Below are positions 59,079 through 64,000 of a DNA stretch of 64,000 bases, one piece after another. Within the stretch, counting starts at the first letter, position 1; every line of letters starts with the position of its first letter. Both the position numbers and the translations under genes were made by a program. Under the pieces are notes generated by a model. That model saw only the letters and a program-made list of their open reading frames with translations. It made no database searches and had not been told where the DNA came from. The DNA comes from Candidatus Woykebacteria bacterium (GTDB taxonomy: Bacteria > Patescibacteriota > Microgenomatia > Woykebacterales > RBG-16-39-9b), in contig JBBDPM010000006.1 of assembly GCA_040876345.1 (NCBI GenBank), positions 70,803 through 134,802 on the forward strand, read 5' to 3'.

Positions 59079-60539
59079 TTATTTCTCCAACTCTTCAATT
59101 AATTTAACTAGGGTCCTTACTCCCACCCCAGTTGGTCCTTTGGCTATATATGGCTTTTCATTTCCTTGCCAGGCAGTCGCGCCAATATCCATGTGGATCC
59201 AAGGATTTTTATTCTCAATAAATTGTTCTAAAAACATTGCCCCCGCAATAACATCGGCTGCCCGAGTTGGCGGAATATTGGCCATATCCGCAATGTCGCT
59301 TCGCAAAAGATCTGTGTACTCCGGATAAAGTGGTAGCTGCCAGGCTCTCTCACCCACTTTTTCCCCAGATTCTATTACAGAATCAACCCATACTTGGGGT
59401 TTACCCATAATACAACTTGCTTCCTCCCCTAAAACAACTGTTGTCGCTCCAGTTAAAGTGGAAAACTCAAAAATCTTTTTTGCCCCAAGTTTTTGAGCCC
59501 AAACTAGAGAGTCTGAAAGCACTACCCTACCCTCCGCATCAGTGTTTAAAATCTCAATTGTTTTTCCGTTCAAAGCTTTAACTACATCCCCTGGTTTTGT
59601 GGCTCTTCCAGAAGGCATATTCTCCGTCAAAGGCACCACTGCCACAATATTTATCTTTGGTTTTAGTTCCCCAACTACCTTCATAAATCCTAAAGTTGCG
59701 GCCGCGGCCGCCATATCCATTTTCATATCATGCATTTTATCCCCGGGCTTAAGGGAAATCCCACCAGTATCAAAAGTTATTCCCTTACCGACAACTCCCA
59801 AAGTATTTTCATCCTTTACCTTACCGCCTTTATACTTTAAAGCAACGATAAATGATGGCTCTTCACTCCCCTTTGCAATCGCTCCAAAGCCTCCCATGCC
59901 TCTCTTCTTAGCTTCACCTTCATCCAAAACTTCGATATCATAGTGATATTCTTTTGCCAATTTTCGCGCTTCCTGAACAAGATAAGAAGGCGTCATTACA
60001 TTAGCTGGCTCAGCAACAAGGTGGCGGGCCCAATTTGTAGCTTCACAAACTGCTTGAGAGTGTTTAAGCAGCTTCTCGTCAACCTTGCCAGTAATAATTA
60101 ACTCCTCAAGTTTGTTCTCGTTTTTCTTAGTTTTGTAAATTCCCGGATCAAAGATCCCAAGAAGGGCTCCTTCGATAACTTCTCCGGCCGTTTCCCCCTT
60201 TTCCAAGCAAAAAGCTAAAGAGACGGCGCCAATTTTTTGGGCGCGTCTGGCCGCAGTCCCAGCCAAGTTTCTGGCAATTCGAGGTGAAAAATCAGCTTTC
60301 TTACCGCCCCCAATCAAAAGAACTCTGATTGAGGGGATTTTGCCATGGGTGAAAATAGAGGTAACTTCGTAGAGTTTTCCCTTAAATTCTTTCAGGCGAA
60401 TAACTTCAGATATAGAGCCACTGATCTTTTTGTCAAGCTCGTCAATAGCCCCTTGAGGCTTTTCACCATCAAATAAAACTATGGCCAAAGCATCGGCCTT
60501 TACTTTATCCAAAGGTTGATCAGTGGTTAAGATTTTCAT
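59079..60539 (-). CDS. pepA: Leucyl aminopeptidase (M17)
   Basis: GKGITFDTGG, MKMDM, NTDAEGR. Confidence 0.95.
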   Translation of the reverse strand: MKILTTDQPLDKVKADALAIVLFDGEKPQGAIDELDKKISGSISEVIRLKEFKGKLYEVTSIFTHGKIPSIRVLLIGGGKKADFSPRIARNLAGTAARRAQKIGAVSLAFCLEKGETAGEVIEGALLGIFDPGIYKTKKNENKLEELIITGKVDEKLLKHSQAVCEATNWARHLVAEPANVMTPSYLVQEARKLAKEYHYDIEVLDEGEAKKRGMGGFGAIAKGSEEPSFIVALKYKGGKVKDENTLGVVGKGITFDTGGISLKPGDKMHDMKMDMAAAAATLGFMKVVGELKPKINIVAVVPLTENMPSGRATKPGDVVKALNGKTIEILNTDAEGRVVLSDSLVWAQKLGAKKIFEFSTLTGATTVVLGEEASCIMGKPQVWVDSVIESGEKVGERAWQLPLYPEYTDLLRSDIADMANIPPTRAADVIAGAMFLEQFIENKNPWIHMDIGATAWQGNEKPYIAKGPTGVGVRTLVKLIEELEK

Positions 60540-60662
60540 AACAATGGATTGTATCAAATTCAAGATAGGTTTGACAAGAAAAAGTCGGGTCGTGAGGCAG
60601 ACGCTTCGGACGATTCAACGTCTGCCCCACAAAATCGTGATCTCTCAAGACCCGGTCGGGTG

Positions 60663-60911
60663 TTATCCGAGCTTGACCGCCAAACATGTCGTCGTCCGGT
60701 CGACACCCTCGATATTCTGGATTTCCCCAGTAATACAGTTACCGAGGCGATCAAGATCGTCAGACTGAAGCTGGACGATCAAATCGTATGGGCCGGTGAC
60801 GGTGTCAGTGGATACGACCTTCGCAAAGTCGCTGTCCAGTGCTTGGATCTTCTCACCAACACTCTTGGCCCTTCCTACCTCTGCCTCGATCAGCACGTAC
60901 CCTCTTACCAT
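60663..60911 (-). CDS. Stand-alone Lrp/AsnC ligand-binding domain protein
   Basis: YVLI..VTGPYDLIV..GVDRTTTC; SD GAAAGGAG; GC-rich. Confidence 0.85.
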   Translation of the reverse strand: MVRGYVLIEAEVGRAKSVGEKIQALDSDFAKVVSTDTVTGPYDLIVQLQSDDLDRLGNCITGEIQNIEGVDRTTTCLAVKLG

Positions 60912-61016
60912 CGTGGGAACTCCTTTCTTCAACTCCGATGGCTTGCTTGCCCGTGTTGGGAATATTACTACTACACCAGCCAAAAATCAAATTGCACCGG
61001 ATTTTTATCTTAAAAA

Positions 61017-62156
61017 TTAAACAATAAGAAAGTCGATATCTTTAGGAGCTTCGGTGAGAATTTGCGGCCCATTTTTGGTAACGACTACAATATCTTCCAA
61101 TCTCACCCCTCCCCACCCCGGTATATAAATCCCCGGTTCTACTGTTAGCACTTGGCCCTCTTGAAGTTTATTCTTCGCGTTAACACTAAGTCGTGGTAGT
61201 TCATGTACTTCCAGACCAACTCCATGGCCAAGAGAATGACGGTAAAAATGTTTGGTTTTCGTCTCAAGTAATGATCTCACCTTTTGATCAACCAAGTAGG
61301 CAGATCGTCCTTGCTCTATCAAACTTATCCCCAATTTTTGCGCTTCAAATACCAAGTTGTAAATTTTCTTTTGTTCTTCACTTGGTTTCCCAACAAAAAA
61401 CACTCTGGAAGTGTCGGAGTGGTAACCATTGACCACACATCCGTAATCGACTAGGACCATGTCACCCTTTTTAATCTTTGTGTCTCCAGCTGCCCAATGT
61501 GCCATTGAAGCGTGGGGTCCAGTTGCTACAATAAAAGGGTCCCAAGCCATTTTTTCGGCTCCCTGCTCTCTCATAAACTTTTCCATCTCCCAAGAAATTT
61601 CTTTCTCGGCCATTCCAGTCTTTACAAAATTTAGAATATGTTCGAATGCTTTATCGGCAATTTCCACCGCTTTTTTGATTTGGTCAACTTCCCATGTATC
61701 CTTGACCAAACGTGATTCTTCAACCAAATGGGATACTGGAATAAGTTTTAAGTGAAGGCAGAATTTTTTCAACCGCATCAAGTTGAAAACGGAAAGATTA
61801 TGGGATTCAAAACCAACTCGGGTGAATTTTAACTTTTTTGATAAATCACCAAAGAAGGTAGGTAGTGAAGATTCGTACTCTAATACTTCGAAACCTTTGG
61901 CTGCGGAGATTGCGTGCTCAGTGTAACGGAAATCAGTAAGGATATAAACTTTGTCTAAAGTAATGAGGATCCAACCGCTTTCAAAATCTCCTAGCCAACC
62001 AGATATATAATAACGGTTAGGAGCGGCGGTTATTATAAACGCGTCAAGTCTGTTTTCTTTAAGTCTCTGCTGAACCAGGGCTAACCTCTTTGCGAGGACG
62101 ACCTCTAGGTCGTTTTGTTTTTGGCTCTTCAATAGTAATTTTCCTTGGTCGGCCAC
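61017..62156 (-). CDS. Xaa-Pro aminopeptidase (M24); start uncertain
   Basis: DYG..YHSDTSR, HSLGHGVGLEVHE, TVEPGIY..GGVRLED. Confidence 0.92.
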   Translation of the reverse strand: MADQGKLLLKSQKQNDLEVVLAKRLALVQQRLKENRLDAFIITAAPNRYYISGWLGDFESGWILITLDKVYILTDFRYTEHAISAAKGFEVLEYESSLPTFFGDLSKKLKFTRVGFESHNLSVFNLMRLKKFCLHLKLIPVSHLVEESRLVKDTWEVDQIKKAVEIADKAFEHILNFVKTGMAEKEISWEMEKFMREQGAEKMAWDPFIVATGPHASMAHWAAGDTKIKKGDMVLVDYGCVVNGYHSDTSRVFFVGKPSEEQKKIYNLVFEAQKLGISLIEQGRSAYLVDQKVRSLLETKTKHFYRHSLGHGVGLEVHELPRLSVNAKNKLQEGQVLTVEPGIYIPGWGGVRLEDIVVVTKNGPQILTEAPKDIDFLIV

Positions 62157-62718
62157 GTTTTCTAACCTCCTGTCGTGGAAACTTTGGCAAACGAATCCTT
62201 TTTAGTAAAGATAAAAGACGGGTTCCAATTTTTTCGCCTGTCGCTTCAGACAACTCTACAACTTCAGAAACTTTAGAGGCTAGCGAGCCCCTTTGAGCTG
62301 AGGCGCAATACGGACAAAAATCCCAGGAAAGGTTTATGGCCCTCTTACAATTTTCACATTCTTTGCGAACCTGTAACCCGCAATTTACGCAATAGATAAA
62401 TTCAGGATCGGCTACCTCACCACAGTTTTGACAAAGGGAAAGCCTCCCTTGAGATTCCAAAATTTTCTCTTCCAGTAATTTCAATCTTGCTTCCCCCTTA
62501 TTTAGGGACGGGCGGACCATTAAATAAACTGCAAACCCAACTATCGCCCCAACTGCCACCAAAACCACAGCGATAAATCTTAACAAAAAATTATCTGTTC
62601 GAGAAGAAATATCAAACCATGTCCAAATAGTTAATCCTGCCCAAAGAGCGAACACATAAAATAAAAGAATACTAATTGTATTTGCTTGCGATAAAAAATT
62701 TATAACATCTGCTACCAT
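62059..62718 (-). CDS. Membrane protein with double zinc ribbon and two AT-hook motifs
   Basis: 2 TM, four CxxC, KRGRPRK and RPRGRPRK. Confidence 0.8.
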   Translation of the reverse strand: MVADVINFLSQANTISILLFYVFALWAGLTIWTWFDISSRTDNFLLRFIAVVLVAVGAIVGFAVYLMVRPSLNKGEARLKLLEEKILESQGRLSLCQNCGEVADPEFIYCVNCGLQVRKECENCKRAINLSWDFCPYCASAQRGSLASKVSEVVELSEATGEKIGTRLLSLLKRIRLPKFPRQEVRKRGRPRKITIEEPKTKRPRGRPRKEVSPGSAET

Positions 62719-62768
62719 AAGTTAAGTTTTGACAAAATATACCACAAACGTTTAAAATTTCAAGTTGT

Positions 62769-63203
62769 ATGCTTTCAACCCCGCATATCTTAGTTGGCGC
62801 AGCTATTGTAAAAGTAATTCCAAACCCAGCGATCAGCCTCCCGCTTGCCTTTTTAAGCCACCTGTTATTTGACGCCATTCCTCATTGGGATTTCTCCCCC
62901 ACCCTTGCTCCAAAAACCCTTTTCAAAATCTTTTTGGATTATGCACTCGGGATGCTATTAGTTTTTCTACTTACTTTGGGAAGCGAAAATCAAATTTTAA
63001 TTTTACTAGGTGGAGTGGCCGCAACAGTTCCTGATTTTATTCTTGCCAGTTTCAGGCTTTTTAATTTGCAATTTCTAAATTTCTGGCCCTTATCAGTCTT
63101 TAATAAATTTCACCTTGACATCCAAAACCGGGTGTCGCCTCTGTGGGGAGGACTCGTCTCATTTGTAACTGTTTTAATCTGTGCTTTTATACTCCTAAAG
63201 TGA
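62769..63203 (+). CDS. Putative membrane metal-dependent hydrolase
   Basis: H.LVG, SHLLFDAIPHWD, PD, H. Confidence 0.65.
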   Translation: MLSTPHILVGAAIVKVIPNPAISLPLAFLSHLLFDAIPHWDFSPTLAPKTLFKIFLDYALGMLLVFLLTLGSENQILILLGGVAATVPDFILASFRLFNLQFLNFWPLSVFNKFHLDIQNRVSPLWGGLVSFVTVLICAFILLK

Positions 63204-63218
63204 AGTTTCAGTTTAGAA

Positions 63219-63782
63219 TTACGACTTGGCCCGTTCCACATACTCTCCAGTTCTAGTATCAACTCTAACCAGATCGCCAATTTTGATGAACATAGGCACA
63301 TTAACCATTAACCCGTTTTCTAAAGTAGACGGCTTGTAGACGCTGGAAACTGTATCCCCTTTTACACCAGGACCAGTCTCGATAACTTTCAAAACCGTCT
63401 GTTTAGGAAGTTCCGCTGAAAGAGCAGCGCTACCGGCTAACAAAACTTCATAAACCTCTCCTTCTTTGAAATATTTCTCTCTCCCTACTAAAGACTGTAG
63501 AGGGATTGATACCTGCTCAAAGGTATTCTGATCCATAAACGAAGCACTTTCTGCATCTAAATACAAAAACTGAAGCTTCTTCTTCTCGGTCTCAGCTTCC
63601 TCCACCCTAGCACCAGACATAAAAGTTTTTTCCAAAAGTTGTCCAGTTTTTAAGTTACGAGCTTTTATTTTTATATTAGCTGAGCCCCGACCGATTTTTG
63701 TGTGTTGATAAGAAACCACTTCAAAAATATCGTTTTCTTCTTTAAAATTTGTACCGGCTCTAAGTTCATTTACAGGGATCAT
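63219..63782 (-). CDS. efp: Elongation factor P
   Basis: KIGRGSA, QFLYLD, PGVKGDT, VDTRTGEYVER. Confidence 0.96.
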   Translation of the reverse strand: MIPVNELRAGTNFKEENDIFEVVSYQHTKIGRGSANIKIKARNLKTGQLLEKTFMSGARVEEAETEKKKLQFLYLDAESASFMDQNTFEQVSIPLQSLVGREKYFKEGEVYEVLLAGSAALSAELPKQTVLKVIETGPGVKGDTVSSVYKPSTLENGLMVNVPMFIKIGDLVRVDTRTGEYVERAKS

Positions 63783-63835
63783 AGTTTGCCTCGAGGTATT
63801 TTATCAGGTATAATGTGAACCTGTAAAGTTGACCG

Positions 63836-63922
63836 GGGCAAGTGGCGGAACTGGTATACGCGTAGGTCTCAAAAACCTATGGTGGCAACACCTTGTGGGT
63901 TCGACTCCCACCTTGCCCACCA
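63836..63922 (+). tRNA. tRNA-Leu (CAA)
   Basis: GGGCAAG/CTTGCCC acceptor, TAGGT-CT-CAA-AA-ACCTA, long variable arm, GTTCGA, encoded CCA. Confidence 0.96.
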
Positions 63923-63923
63923 A

Positions 63924-64000
63924 CTAGGCTCTGGCTCTATCAACGCCAAAAAATCTTCTCTTTTCACCAACAAAGCGAAGGTCAATTTCGCCCAGTGGAC
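63924..64000 (-). CDS. C-terminus of a gene entering the window, possibly DnaB helicase
   Basis: PLGEIDLRFVGEKRRFFGVDRARA* resembles DnaB C-ends; only 24 codons visible. Confidence 0.4.
   Translation of the reverse strand, partial: PLGEIDLRFVGEKRRFFGVDRARA

Noticed and set aside
59079-60539. PepA as Xer accessory factor for the dif-like site
   Set aside because: 15 kb away in ordinary context; that role is known for plasmid cer/psi sites

Overview
Low-GC, gene-dense chromosomal window from a small-genome bacterium. The gene set (PsbP-like surface proteins, membrane-anchored Clp ATPase, stand-alone VirD4-like ATPase, yebC/ruvC, efp) suggests Patescibacteria/CPR, probably Microgenomates; this is inference. 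The standard genetic code fits. Genes run mostly on + up to about 43.9 kb and mostly on - after about 44.9 kb, converging on a ~1 kb non-coding gap holding a symmetric 28-bp dif-like site (44223-44250). The best candidate for an undescribed system is 37.4-42.8 kb. A DUF2292/YezD-like mini-protein is followed by a consensus promoter and a structured attenuator-like leader. This leader precedes three secreted Asp/Asn-rich proteins built from one ~87-aa repeat: a soluble 4-repeat subunit, a membrane-anchored partner and an LPxTG partner. Together they resemble a regulated surface fibre. Other signals: about eight GC-rich promoter+SD+ORF+hairpin islets in a largely leaderless genome, an unannotated Flp-like pilin, an ORF-less sRNA candidate, an 85-bp identical tract between two histidine kinases, a G9-frameshifted UbiA prenyltransferase and several single-lesion pseudogenes. 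All calls are by eye; no searches were run.
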